Positions 40,667-50,680 of a stretch of DNA of 64,000 nucleotides are shown piece by piece. Below the pieces are notes generated by a model. It was given only the letters and a program-made list of their open reading frames with translations. It was not told the DNA's origin and did no database searches. How positions within the stretch are numbered: the stretch's first letter is position 1; the number at the start of each line of letters is the position of its first letter. Both the position numbers and the translations under genes were made by a program. The stretch is from Thalassobaculaceae bacterium (GTDB lineage Bacteria > Pseudomonadota > Alphaproteobacteria > Thalassobaculales > Thalassobaculaceae): contig OZ245843.1 of the NCBI GenBank assembly GCA_965228875.1, positions 602,616 through 666,615 on the forward strand, written 5' to 3'.

Positions 40667-42004
40667 GTGACTCGCTTCGGCGCCAGACTTTCCCTCACCG
40701 CCGTCCTGACCGCCAGCCTGGCGCTTGCCGCCTGCGGTGCCGGCGACTTCTTCGGCGAGGATACGGAAGTCCCGCTCCCCGGCGAGCGGATTTCGGTTCT
40801 GGCCAACGACGAGGGGCTGCAGGCCGACCCCGCGTTGGCGGAGGTTCCGATCGTGCTGCCGCGACCCTATGTCAACGCGTACTGGTCGCAGCCCGGTGGC
40901 AACGCGACCAAGGCCCTCGGCCATGTGGACGCCGGTGATGTCCTCTCCCAGGCGTGGTCGGTGTCGATCGGCAGCGGCGGCGATGACGAGACCTCGCTGC
41001 TGACCCAGCCGCTGGTGGTTGGCGACACGATCCTGGTGCTCGACAGCGAGGCGTATCTGCGGGCGCTGAACGCCGCCGACGGCAGTGAGCGCTGGTCTCG
41101 CGAGTTGCGGCCGCAGGAGGAGGACGACGCGGTCTATCCGGGCGGGATCGTCGCCGATGCCGAGAATGTCTATGCCGCGACCGGATTCGGCGAGGCGATC
41201 TCGTTCTCGATCGCGGACGGAACCGAGCGCTGGCGCGTGCGCCTGCCGGGCCCGGTACGCGGCGCCCCGGCGATCGCCGACGGCCGGCTGTTCGCGATCA
41301 CCCTGGAGAACCGCACGGTGGCCATGTCGACCACCGACGGGGCGCGGATCTGGGAGCATCAGGGCATCACCGAGGTGGCCTCTCTGCTCGGTGGAGCGGC
41401 TCCGGCCGTCGCCGGCTCGACGGTCCTGGTCCCGTACTCCTCGGGTCAGCTTTTCGCTCTGCGGGTCGAGACCGGCCGCGTCGTGTGGCTCGAGAACCTG
41501 TCCAGCCTGCGTGCGCTCGACGCCATCTCCCGGCTGTCCGACATCCGCGGCAACCCGGTGATCGATGGCGACATCGCCTTCGCGGTCAGCCATTCGGGCC
41601 GCATGGCGGCGATCGACATGCGTTCGGGCCGGCGGATCTGGGAGCGCTCGATCGGCAGCACCCACATGCCCTGGGTCGCTGGAGAGTTCGTATTCGTGGT
41701 CAGTCTGAGCGGCGAGGTGGTGGCGCTGACCAGGCGCGACGGCCGGGTGCGCTGGGTGCACCGCCTGCCGCGCTACGAGGATCCCGAGGACAAGGACGAC
41801 CCGATCCAGTATGCAGGCCCGGTGCTGGTCGGAGACCGTCTGCTGGTCGGATCGTCGGACGGTTTCGTCTACGCGCTTTCGCCGTATTCCGGCGATCTGA
41901 TGGGCCGCATCGAGGTCGGGGACGAGGTGTACGTCGCTCCGGTCGTCGCCGGCGGCACGGTGTACGTGCTCTCCAACGACGCGCAGCTTCGCGCGTACCG
42001 CTAG
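40667..42004 (+). CDS. bamB: BamB-like PQQ-repeat beta-propeller lipoprotein
   Basis: Lipobox LAAC, repeated xxDGxxxW propeller motifs, position between yfgM and der. Confidence 0.82.
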   Translation: MTRFGARLSLTAVLTASLALAACGAGDFFGEDTEVPLPGERISVLANDEGLQADPALAEVPIVLPRPYVNAYWSQPGGNATKALGHVDAGDVLSQAWSVSIGSGGDDETSLLTQPLVVGDTILVLDSEAYLRALNAADGSERWSRELRPQEEDDAVYPGGIVADAENVYAATGFGEAISFSIADGTERWRVRLPGPVRGAPAIADGRLFAITLENRTVAMSTTDGARIWEHQGITEVASLLGGAAPAVAGSTVLVPYSSGQLFALRVETGRVVWLENLSSLRALDAISRLSDIRGNPVIDGDIAFAVSHSGRMAAIDMRSGRRIWERSIGSTHMPWVAGEFVFVVSLSGEVVALTRRDGRVRWVHRLPRYEDPEDKDDPIQYAGPVLVGDRLLVGSSDGFVYALSPYSGDLMGRIEVGDEVYVAPVVAGGTVYVLSNDAQLRAYR

Positions 42005-42013
42005 GAGGCTGCA

Positions 42014-43435
42014 GTGGCGCTCAAAGTCGCCATCATCGGCCGGCCGAATGTCGGCAAGTCGACGCTGTTCAACCGGCTGACGGGGACCCGTCATGCCCTG
42101 GTCGACGATACGCCGGGCGTGACCCGCGACCGGCGGGAGGGCGACGGCAGGATCGCCGACCTGAATTTCCGCATCATCGATACCGCCGGCCTCGAGGAAG
42201 CGCGCGACGACTCCCTCGAAGGCCGGATGCGGCGCCAGACCGAGCTGGCGGTCGAGCAGGCCGACCTGGTCATGATGATGATCGACGCCCGCGCCGGCGT
42301 GACGCCGCTGGACGCCCATTTCGCCGACTGGCTGCGCCGGGTCGAGGTGCCCGTCGTGCTGCTGGCGAACAAGTGCGAGGGGCGCGGCGGCATCGCCGGA
42401 CTGGGCGAGGCGTACGCGCTGGGCCTCGGGGAACCGGTGCCGATCTCGGCCGAGCATGGCGAAGGGATGGGCGAACTCTACGACATCATCCGCGCCCGCA
42501 TGGAGTCCGATCCGGCGTTCGCCGGGGATCTCGCGCCCGACGAGGAACCGTTTCCGGATGAGGCGTTCCCGGAAGCGGACGGGGAAGACGGCGACGAGAT
42601 GGAGGCGGACAGCGGGCCGCAGGGGCCGCTGAAGCTCGCCATCGTGGGCCGACCGAACGTCGGCAAGTCGACCCTGGTCAACCGGCTGATCGGCGAGGAT
42701 CGACTGCTCACCGGGCCGGAGGCCGGGATCACCCGCGACGCCATCGAGGTGCCCTGGACCTACAAGGGGCGGACCATCCACCTGATCGACACCGCCGGCC
42801 TGCGCCGCAAGGCGAGGGTGGTCGAGAAGCTGGAGCGGATGTCGACCACCGACAGCTTGCGCGCCGTGCGGTTCGCTCAGGTCGTGATGCTGGTGCTCGA
42901 CGGCGAGCTGATGCTGGAGAAGCAGGATCTCGCCATCGCCCGCACCGTGCTCGACCAGGGCCGGGCCCTGATCATCGCCGTCAACAAGTGGGACGCGGTC
43001 ACGGACAAGAGTGCCGCCGGCAAGCGTCTGCGCGACCGTCTGGACACCTCGCTCGCCCAGGTGCGCGGCGTGCCCTGGATCCCGGTGTCGGCCCTGCGCG
43101 GCTCCAATCTGGACAAGCTTCTCGACGCCGTCCTGAGTATCTACGACGTCTGGAACACGCGTATTCCGACCAGCCAGCTCAATCGCTGGCTGGAGCGCAT
43201 GGTCGAGTTGCATCCGCCGCCGCTGTCCAAGGGGCGGCGTCTGCGGCTGCGCTACATGACCCAGGTCAAGGCCCGGCCGCCGACCTTCGCGGCCTTCGTG
43301 AGCCAGGCCGACGAGTTGCCGGAAAGCTACATCCGCTACCTGGTCGGCGGGCTGCGCGACGATTTCGGGCTGGTCGGGGTGCCGATCCGGGTTAACCTGC
43401 GCAAGCGGCGCAACCCCTACGTCGACGAGAAATAG
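42014..43435 (+). CDS. der: Ribosome biogenesis GTPase Der (EngA)
   Basis: Two GRPNVGKS P-loops, TRD, DTAG and NKx motifs, acidic linker, KH-like C-domain. Confidence 0.97.
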   Translation: MALKVAIIGRPNVGKSTLFNRLTGTRHALVDDTPGVTRDRREGDGRIADLNFRIIDTAGLEEARDDSLEGRMRRQTELAVEQADLVMMMIDARAGVTPLDAHFADWLRRVEVPVVLLANKCEGRGGIAGLGEAYALGLGEPVPISAEHGEGMGELYDIIRARMESDPAFAGDLAPDEEPFPDEAFPEADGEDGDEMEADSGPQGPLKLAIVGRPNVGKSTLVNRLIGEDRLLTGPEAGITRDAIEVPWTYKGRTIHLIDTAGLRRKARVVEKLERMSTTDSLRAVRFAQVVMLVLDGELMLEKQDLAIARTVLDQGRALIIAVNKWDAVTDKSAAGKRLRDRLDTSLAQVRGVPWIPVSALRGSNLDKLLDAVLSIYDVWNTRIPTSQLNRWLERMVELHPPPLSKGRRLRLRYMTQVKARPPTFAAFVSQADELPESYIRYLVGGLRDDFGLVGVPIRVNLRKRRNPYVDEK

Positions 43436-43463
43436 GCCGCCACGGGATCGCCACGGAGCTGCC

Positions 43464-43790
43464 ATGCGAGGCCGAGGGAAGACGAAGCTGGAAGCCAGGG
43501 TCTCGATCGCGGATCTCGCGCGGATGTATGACCGGCGCAGCGCCGGCAAATCGCCGACCCATCGCTACAGGAACGGCGACCTGCCGATTGGCCGCGGGTC
43601 GATGAACAAGGGCTTCACCGTGAGCCAGGGCGACACCCGGCTGGCGCGTCTGAAGGCCCGCGCTTCCGGCATCCGTTACGCGTTGCAGACCGAGGCGATG
43701 GATCGCAGCAAGACCCGGGAACTCGAGCAGGTGCTCAAGAACCTGGAACTGGCGATCCGGGGCATGGAAGACTCGCTTAAGAACGGGTGA
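43464..43790 (+). CDS. Hypothetical small protein with a coiled-coil-like C-terminus (start uncertain)
   Basis: Fills the gap between der and the next gene; amphipathic RELEQVLKNLELAIRGMEDSLK. Confidence 0.55.
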   Translation: MRGRGKTKLEARVSIADLARMYDRRSAGKSPTHRYRNGDLPIGRGSMNKGFTVSQGDTRLARLKARASGIRYALQTEAMDRSKTRELEQVLKNLELAIRGMEDSLKNG

Positions 43791-43794
43791 TGCG

Positions 43795-44331
43795 ATGACC
43801 GACGGCGTGCTCTCGAAACTGGTCGCGGCGTGCCGCGCGGCGGCTGCGTCCGACGATCCGGTGGCCGGGTTCCGCCGCGCGCTGGAGCCGATTGCCGCGG
43901 CGCCGGCGGCGGCGCTTCGGGAAGTGCCGGAGTTCGAAGGCGAGGATCACGCGCTGCTGTCCGAGGACGGGCTGTCGGTGTTCCTCGTGCGCCAGTCGCC
44001 GAACACGGCGGGCCCGCCCCACGACCACGGAATGGTGGCGGTGATCGCGATGCTGGACGGTGTCGAGATCCATCGCCATTACCGTCGCCGGGCGGACGGA
44101 GAGGGCGTGGCGTTGGATCGCGAGACACGGCTGGAACCCGGCGGCGTTCTCGCACTCGGTGCACGTGACGTGCATGCGATAGCCAATCCCGACGATACGC
44201 CGTCGATCGGCATTCATGTCTACCTGGGAGATATCGCCGGCTGCGATCGCACCCTGTGGGACCCGGTCTCCGGCGCGGCGACGGCATTCACGGTGCCGGC
44301 CTACGACAGCATGGTCACCGCCTATCGCTGA
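43795..44331 (+). CDS. Cysteine-dioxygenase-like cupin (thiol dioxygenase family)
   Basis: PPHDHG...G.E...Y, DVHAIANP, SIGIHVY (3-His site plus S-H-Y-like motif). Confidence 0.75.
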   Translation: MTDGVLSKLVAACRAAAASDDPVAGFRRALEPIAAAPAAALREVPEFEGEDHALLSEDGLSVFLVRQSPNTAGPPHDHGMVAVIAMLDGVEIHRHYRRRADGEGVALDRETRLEPGGVLALGARDVHAIANPDDTPSIGIHVYLGDIAGCDRTLWDPVSGAATAFTVPAYDSMVTAYR

Positions 44332-44507
44332 CGGGGCCGGAGCTGCGGCCCGCAGGGCTTCGTATCGGATTGCAGACTGCGCCCCGGCGCCCGAAATCGG
44401 GCGCGAATCCAGCCAATCCATTTGAGCACTGAAAGTCTGTCCGACATGCGGGTATGCTCAAGGATCTCGACAGTGAGGATCCTCCGCGACCCGGGATAGG
44501 CGCCCGC

Positions 44508-46913
44508 ATGCAGCTCAAATGGCTGGTCGTTCTCGTAGTGGTAGGCGTGCAGGTCCTGACGGCCGGCATCGTCGCGGTGACCGCCTGGGCGGTTGTCACC
44601 GACGCGGTCGAGACCAACCTGGCGAGGGCCACCCGGGCCGTCGCGGACACGGTCCGGCTCCGCTATGACCGGTTCGTCGATCCGGCGACCGATGCCGTCG
44701 ACCTGGCACGCTTCCTTCTGCAGCAGCACGGGTCGCTCGACGTCTCTCTCGACACGTTCGAACGGTTTCTGTTCAACCAGCTCGGCGACCATCCGGTGGT
44801 CGACGCCCTCTATTTCGGGCGGTCGACGGGCGAGTTCCTCATGGTCAAACGGGTGCATGCCCCGGGCGCGCCGACCTTCCTGACAAAGCACATTCAGGGG
44901 ACGGCGGACGCCCGCACCGTCGAATTCCGCCTCCGCGACCGGCAGTTCGAGCCGATCCGGACCTGGCGCGACGACGACGACACGTTCGACCCGCGCACCC
45001 GTCCCTGGTATCGCGCGGCAAGGGAGCAGGCCGATGACGGCGACCGGGCCTGGACCGAGCCCTATGTCTTCTTCACCTCCGGTCAGCCGGGAGTAAGCAC
45101 GGCCAACGCCGTGATCGGCGACTCTCCGGAGAACTGGGGAGCGGTCTCCGTCGATATCGAGACGGCATCGTTCTCCCGCTTTCTGTCGACGCTGGCGCTG
45201 CCCGGCGGCGGCGAAGCGCTGATCGCCGACTGGCAGGGCGAGGTCATCGCCCTGCCGTCTTCCCTCGGCCCGACCGGCCGCACACTGTTCGCCGAAACCG
45301 AGACGGGCGGGCGACCGGCCATCCTGGAGGCCCTGAACGAGACCGATCCCAGCCTGCTGGCGGCGGCTCGCGACGGCATCGTGCTGCGCAATCTGCAGGT
45401 TGGGGGAGAGGCCTTCATTGTCCAACTGCTCGGCTTCGAGGATGCAGGCATGCCGTGGAGCATCGTCGTGGCTGTGCCGGAGGAGGCGGTGTTCGGCTGG
45501 ATCTACGACCTGCGGGACACGATCGTCGCCGTGTGTCTGTCGGCGGGCATCCTCGCCGTCGCCAGTTTGATGGTGTTCTGGCGTCGGGCGATCGAACGGC
45601 CGGTTGCGGCCATCGGCGCCCGTCTGGACCGGATCGCCCGCGGTCCGGATAGCGCCGAGCCGTCCACCGACGGGGCGTCGGTCGACGCGAGACTGATCGA
45701 TGCGGCGCCGGAACTCAGGCGGATCGACGCGGCTGTGATGGCTGCCGGCGAGATGATCGCCGAGCGGGAACGGGCACGGCGGGAGGTCATCGACCGGCTA
45801 TCGGATCTGGTGGAGGCGATGGAGCGGGCGCCCGTCGGCATCGCCATCCTGGAGCCCGATCGCCGTGTCGTCTTCGCCAATCGACAGGTGCGCGATGCCC
45901 TGTCCATCGCCGAGGATACCACGGCGCGTCTCGAGGCGGCTTCCCTCGGCGTGTCTGCGTCGGAGCTTGAAGCGAAGATCGCCCTGGTCGGGGCTGGCCG
46001 GACGGTCCGCAGTGAAGTCCGGCTGATTTCACCGGACGGGGTCGAGACCGACGTCACCCTCTTGATGGCCCCGCTCGGTTCCGGGGAAACGGCGGGTCTG
46101 GTGGTGGTCCTCGAGGACGTCTCCGCCGCCAAGCAGCTTGAATCCGGCCTCATCGACGCCCGGGAGGCGGCCGAACGCAGCGACAAGGCGAAGACCCTGT
46201 TCCTCGCGCAGATGAGCCACGAGTTCCGCACGCCGTTGAACGCCATCGTCGGATTCTCCGAGCTGTTGCGCGATGTCGACCCGTTCGACCGCGCCCGAGC
46301 GTCGGAGTACGTCACCCATATTCATGGCAGTGCCGCGGTCCTGCTGTCGATGATCGAGCGGATCCTGGAATACGCACGGTACGAGAGCGGCGAGGCCGGT
46401 GCCGCGCCGATGCCGACGGACGTCGTGGCGGCCGTGCGTGACGCCGTCGCCGCCGTCCAGGCGCAGGCCGACGCGGCGGGTGTGACGGTGGAACTCGATC
46501 TCCACGGCCGGCTGGATCCCGTCGCCGGCGACAGCGGCCTGCTGTCGCGGGCCTTCGAGCAGTTGCTGTCGAACGCGATCAAGTTCTCCGCTCCCGGGGA
46601 CTCCATCGCCGTCGCCGTCGCACCGCACCGGGCCGCCGGCATCCGCCCATCGGTGGTTGTCGGCATCGCCGATCGCGGCTGCGGAATCGGATCCGCCGAC
46701 CTGCCCCACATTTTCGAACCGTTCTGGAAGAGCGCTTCGCATCTGCGGGCCAATCCCGACGGCGCCGGCCTCGGACTGGCCATCGCGCGGCGCATCATCA
46801 CCGGGTTCGGGGGTCAGATCGAGGTCGACAGCGCGCCCGATCAGGGCACGCGGGTGGTGGCCTCGCTACCGATAGCCGCCGCGGCGGGCGGTCGCCGCTC
46901 GAACGACAATTAG
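44508..46913 (+). CDS. Membrane sensor histidine kinase (Cache sensor, PAS, HisKA, HATPase)
   Basis: Two TM helices flanking FDPRTRPWY...WTEPYVF (dCache); MSHEFRTPLNAI, LLSNAIKF, DRGCGI, GAGLGL. Confidence 0.9.
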   Translation: MQLKWLVVLVVVGVQVLTAGIVAVTAWAVVTDAVETNLARATRAVADTVRLRYDRFVDPATDAVDLARFLLQQHGSLDVSLDTFERFLFNQLGDHPVVDALYFGRSTGEFLMVKRVHAPGAPTFLTKHIQGTADARTVEFRLRDRQFEPIRTWRDDDDTFDPRTRPWYRAAREQADDGDRAWTEPYVFFTSGQPGVSTANAVIGDSPENWGAVSVDIETASFSRFLSTLALPGGGEALIADWQGEVIALPSSLGPTGRTLFAETETGGRPAILEALNETDPSLLAAARDGIVLRNLQVGGEAFIVQLLGFEDAGMPWSIVVAVPEEAVFGWIYDLRDTIVAVCLSAGILAVASLMVFWRRAIERPVAAIGARLDRIARGPDSAEPSTDGASVDARLIDAAPELRRIDAAVMAAGEMIAERERARREVIDRLSDLVEAMERAPVGIAILEPDRRVVFANRQVRDALSIAEDTTARLEAASLGVSASELEAKIALVGAGRTVRSEVRLISPDGVETDVTLLMAPLGSGETAGLVVVLEDVSAAKQLESGLIDAREAAERSDKAKTLFLAQMSHEFRTPLNAIVGFSELLRDVDPFDRARASEYVTHIHGSAAVLLSMIERILEYARYESGEAGAAPMPTDVVAAVRDAVAAVQAQADAAGVTVELDLHGRLDPVAGDSGLLSRAFEQLLSNAIKFSAPGDSIAVAVAPHRAAGIRPSVVVGIADRGCGIGSADLPHIFEPFWKSASHLRANPDGAGLGLAIARRIITGFGGQIEVDSAPDQGTRVVASLPIAAAAGGRRSNDN

Positions 46914-46977
46914 AGCGCGATCGGGGACGTCTTCCGGCGGACGTCAGGCGCATCCGGAAGCACCTGATTGTGTCAAT

Positions 46978-46992
46978 TTAATCTGGTTTTAA
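46978..46992. promoter_or_regulatory. CtrA full-site consensus TTAA-N7-TTAA
   Basis: TTAA-TCTGGTT-TTAA in an AT-rich intergenic patch about 100 bp upstream of the PAS-protein ATG at 47093. Confidence 0.62.
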
Positions 46993-47092
46993 TATGTCGG
47001 CGCTTAGTTGGTTCAGATCGATCCGCACTGAAACGATCATGTCCATGCGGCTGGCGAGGCCCGAGAAAACCGCTGCCATTGAAGAGGCGAGA

Positions 47093-47587
47093 ATGCTGAA
47101 GCCCGAGATGTTCGTGTCCGTCAACGAGGACATCGACCTCGCATCAATCGAAGACTATCCCGTACTGGCCGGCGTCATGGAGGAATGGAAACGGCGGTCG
47201 GACGATCGGGCGCCGGTGGCGGTCGACCCGTTGGACCTCTCGCCGCGCGCACTTCCCTATCTGATGCTGGTCGACCTGGTAGGCCAGGACGACGCCGTGA
47301 TCAGACTTGCCGGAACGGCGGCGTGCGACCTCTATGGTCGCGAGTTGAAAGGCACGTCGGTCCACGAATTCTTCGGTTCGCGCGATGCGCGTCAGGTTCT
47401 CGACGATTTTCATGAAGTCGCCCGGACCGAGCGTCCCTCGCTGACCCGTCGCGCCTACGTCTCGATCAATGGAAAGCCCTGGAGCTATGTACGCCTGCTG
47501 TTGCCGCTGCGGCCGGACGATGCGGGCGTCACCCGTTTCCTCAAGGCGCTGGAACCCGACCGGTTCGCTGCCGAGGGTGGACGGTAG
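47093..47587 (+). CDS. PAS-fold (PAS_5-like) standalone protein (alternative starts 46994, 47039)
   Basis: EEW...DPLDL...LPYLMLVD...RLAGT...YGRELKG...YVRLLLPL. Confidence 0.72.
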   Translation: MLKPEMFVSVNEDIDLASIEDYPVLAGVMEEWKRRSDDRAPVAVDPLDLSPRALPYLMLVDLVGQDDAVIRLAGTAACDLYGRELKGTSVHEFFGSRDARQVLDDFHEVARTERPSLTRRAYVSINGKPWSYVRLLLPLRPDDAGVTRFLKALEPDRFAAEGGR

Positions 47588-47665
47588 GGAGGCCGGTCGA
47601 GAAAGGCACCGCTGCGCGGTCCGACGGTCCGCGTCGGTGTGAGGGCGCCCGGTCGGCGTCGACTC

Positions 47666-48376
47666 TCACCCCTGGGCGTCGATCCGTTCGCCATGGGCGA
47701 CGCAGTCGGGCGCGGCGAGGGGCAGGAAAGCCTCGGCGATCTCCTCCGCGGTCTTCAGCGTCATCGGGTCCTCGCCGGGGAAGGCGGCCGCCCGCATCGA
47801 CGTCCGGGTGGCGCCCGGGTTCAGCAGATTGACCCGAAGGCTGGTGCGCCGGGTCTCGCCGGCATAGGCGCGGACCATGGCCTCGAGCGCGGCCTTGGAG
47901 ACCGCATAGGCGCCCCAGTTCGGCCGTTCGCCCACGGCGGCGCCGGACGTCACGAAGATCGCCCGACCGGCATCCGACTGCCTGAGCAGCGGGTCCAGGC
48001 TCCGCACGAGCCGCTGGCAGGCGGTGAGATTGACCGTCATCACCTCCTCCCACAGCGTCGGATCGTAGTGGGCGATCGGGCTGAGCACGCCGAGCAGGCC
48101 GTGGTTGGCGACCAGCACGTCGAGTTTTCCCCAGCGCTCGAAGATCGATGCGCCCAGGCGGTTGATCGCCTCGAAGTCGCTCAGGTCGAGCGGCACCAGT
48201 GTGGCCTGGCCGCCGGCGGACTTCACCCGGTCGTCGGTCTCCTCCAGACCGCCGGTCGTGCGTGCGACCAGGATCAGGTGGGCGCCTTCGCGGGCGAAGG
48301 CCTCTGCGACCGCGGCGCCGATGCCGCGCGACGCGCCGGTGATGAGCGCGACGCGCCCGTCGAGAATGCCGGTCAT
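47666..48376 (-). CDS. SDR oxidoreductase (conserved downstream of purF in Alphaproteobacteria)
   Basis: TGASRGIG, YAVSK, NPGATRTSMRAAAFPGEDP. Confidence 0.9.
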   Translation of the reverse strand: MTGILDGRVALITGASRGIGAAVAEAFAREGAHLILVARTTGGLEETDDRVKSAGGQATLVPLDLSDFEAINRLGASIFERWGKLDVLVANHGLLGVLSPIAHYDPTLWEEVMTVNLTACQRLVRSLDPLLRQSDAGRAIFVTSGAAVGERPNWGAYAVSKAALEAMVRAYAGETRRTSLRVNLLNPGATRTSMRAAAFPGEDPMTLKTAEEIAEAFLPLAAPDCVAHGERIDAQG

Positions 48377-48383
48377 GGAGTCC

Positions 48384-49844
48384 TCAGGAGGCTTCGGCGA
48401 GCAGGGAAAGCTGGCGGCTGCGGCCACCGGTCTGATCGGTCAGCGCGATCGGATAGTCGCCGGTGAAGCAGGCGTCGCAGTACTGCGGCTGGTCGCTGTC
48501 GCGGCCGGCCTCGCCCACGGCCCGGTAGAGGCCGTCAATCGAGATGAAGGCCAGGCTATCGACGCCAATGGTCCGGGCCATTTCCTCGACCGACATGCGG
48601 GCGGCGAGAAGCTTGTCCCGTTCCGGCGTATCGACACCGTAGAAGCAGGAATGGGTCGTCGGCGGGCTTGCGATCCGCATGTGGACCTCGGACGCTCCGG
48701 CCCGGCGGACCATCTCCACGATCTTCGTCGAGGTGGTGCCGCGAACGATGGAGTCGTCGACCAGAATGACACGCTTGCCGGCGAGCTGCCCGCGATTGGC
48801 GTTGTGCTTCAGTTTGACGCCCAGGTGACGGACCTGATCGGTCGGCTGGATGAAGGTGCGGCCGACATAGTGGTTCCGGATGATGCCGAGCTCGAACGGC
48901 AGCCGGGAGGCCTCGGCATAGCCGATCGCCGCCGGCACGCCGGAATCCGGCACCGGAACCACGACATCCGCGTCCACCCCGCTCTCGCGGGCGAGCTCGG
49001 CGCCGATGCCCTTGCGCGCGGCATAGACGCTGTGACCCTCGACCATGCTGTCGGGGCGGGCGAAGTAGATGTACTCGAAGATGCAGAAACGGCTGGGGCG
49101 TGGGCGGAACGGAAAGAACGACCGCATGCCCTTGGAATCGATGACGACCAGTTCGCCCGGCGTGATGTCCCGCACGAACTCGGCGCCGATGATGTCCAGC
49201 CCGCAGGTCTCGGAACACAGGATGTAGGCATCGCCGATCTTGCCGAGCACCAGCGGGCGCACGCCGTGCGGATCGCGCAGGCCGATCAGCATATCCTTGC
49301 TCATGCAGACCAGCGCGTATCCACCCTCGACCTGTCCGATCGCCTCGACCAGTCGGTCGACGATCGAAGCCCGGCGCGAACGCGCGACCAGGTGGATGAT
49401 GACCTCTGTGTCCATCGTCGACTGGAAGATCGCCCCCTGGCGTACCAGGCTCTCGCGGACGTGCAGCGCGTTGGTCAGGTTGCCGTTGTGGCATAGGGCG
49501 AAGCCACCGAACTCCAGGTCGGCGAACAGCGGCTGCACGTTGCGCAGCGCGGCCTCACCGGTGGTGGAGTAGCGGGTGTGCCCGATCGCCGCGTACCCGA
49601 CCAGTTGGTCCATGACCTCCTGGTTGTCCTCGCCGAAGTTCTCGCCGACATGGCCAAGGCCGCGGTGGGCGTTGAAGGCCGTCCCGTCGGTCGAGACGAT
49701 GCCGGCGGCCTCCTGGCCGCGGTGCTGCAGGGCGTGCAGGCCGAGCGCGGTGTGGGCAGCGGCGTCGGAGGTGCCGAAGATGCCGTAAATCGCGCACTCT
49801 TCGCGCAGGTGATCGTCGTCGTACGGGGAAGTCGTGAGCGTCAT
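48384..49844 (-). CDS. purF: Amidophosphoribosyltransferase
   Basis: Propeptide ...EE/CAIYG, LQHRGQE, GHTRYST, HNGN, VPDSG, PRPP motif LVDDSIVRGTT. Confidence 0.97.
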   Translation of the reverse strand: MTLTTSPYDDDHLREECAIYGIFGTSDAAAHTALGLHALQHRGQEAAGIVSTDGTAFNAHRGLGHVGENFGEDNQEVMDQLVGYAAIGHTRYSTTGEAALRNVQPLFADLEFGGFALCHNGNLTNALHVRESLVRQGAIFQSTMDTEVIIHLVARSRRASIVDRLVEAIGQVEGGYALVCMSKDMLIGLRDPHGVRPLVLGKIGDAYILCSETCGLDIIGAEFVRDITPGELVVIDSKGMRSFFPFRPRPSRFCIFEYIYFARPDSMVEGHSVYAARKGIGAELARESGVDADVVVPVPDSGVPAAIGYAEASRLPFELGIIRNHYVGRTFIQPTDQVRHLGVKLKHNANRGQLAGKRVILVDDSIVRGTTSTKIVEMVRRAGASEVHMRIASPPTTHSCFYGVDTPERDKLLAARMSVEEMARTIGVDSLAFISIDGLYRAVGEAGRDSDQPQYCDACFTGDYPIALTDQTGGRSRQLSLLAEAS

Positions 49845-49941
49845 TCGCGGTTCCGGTCCTCCGTCGAGGATTGTGTGCGTTTGGGGCGGGTCGGTCACCC
49901 GTGCGAACAGCATCGGCCCTCCAAAACGAAACAGCACCCAC

Positions 49942-50631
49942 CTATTGGGTGCTTTGGATGGCCCGGTTCAGTTCCTGACGTTCCTTGTCACTATACCCCT
50001 GATCGGCCGTCGGTGCATCGGGATTCGCCCGCGGCGATGCCGGCGCCGGACTCAGCAGCCTTTGTTTCAGCGCCTCGCGGGCCTGGTCCTCGGCCTGGCG
50101 GCGGGCGCGGGCGGCGGCGGTGTCGGCCTCGCTGCGCAGGTGATCCGGCACCAGGGCGACCAGCATGTCGGCGCCTTCGATCACCAGGGGCAGGGTCTTC
50201 GCCTCGATCAGCCAATCCGGATGATCCTCCGGATCGGGCTCGGCCCAGAGCACCAGCAGATAGGCGATGCAGACAACCACGGCACCCCGCAGCAGGCCGA
50301 ACAGGAAGCCGAGCGACCGGTCGACGGCGCCGAGCCCGGCCATCTGCAACGTGCCGCTGGCCAGCCGTGCCAGGACCATGAAGACGATCAGCGACACGAC
50401 GAACAGCACGCCGCCGGCGATCAGCTCGCCGAGGGCGCCGTCGATGCCGGTCAGCTCGACGATGTAGGGGGTCGCCGGCCGGTAGCCGTAGACACCCACC
50501 GCGAGCGCCCCGATCCAGGCGGCGATCGACATCACTTCGGCGACGAAGCCGCGTAGCAGGGCCAGAAGCCCTGACAGCACCAGCACGGTGATGACCGCGA
50601 GGTCTGTGACGTTGATCGGCAGCGATTCCAT
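49942..50631 (-). CDS. cvpA: CvpA-family membrane protein
   Basis: RGFVAEV, DRSLGFLFGLLRG; upstream of purF. Confidence 0.92.
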   Translation of the reverse strand: MESLPINVTDLAVITVLVLSGLLALLRGFVAEVMSIAAWIGALAVGVYGYRPATPYIVELTGIDGALGELIAGGVLFVVSLIVFMVLARLASGTLQMAGLGAVDRSLGFLFGLLRGAVVVCIAYLLVLWAEPDPEDHPDWLIEAKTLPLVIEGADMLVALVPDHLRSEADTAAARARRQAEDQAREALKQRLLSPAPASPRANPDAPTADQGYSDKERQELNRAIQSTQ

Positions 50632-50643
50632 GGCGGGTCCGGA

Positions 50644-50680
50644 TCAGGAGGCGCGGGTCAGGAGGCGCGGGTCATGAGGC
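50644..50680 (-). repeat. 14-bp tandem duplication at the radA stop codon
   Basis: Plus strand TCAGGAGGCGCGGG twice (50644-50657, 50658-50671), then TCATGAGGC (the radA end). Confidence 0.8.
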
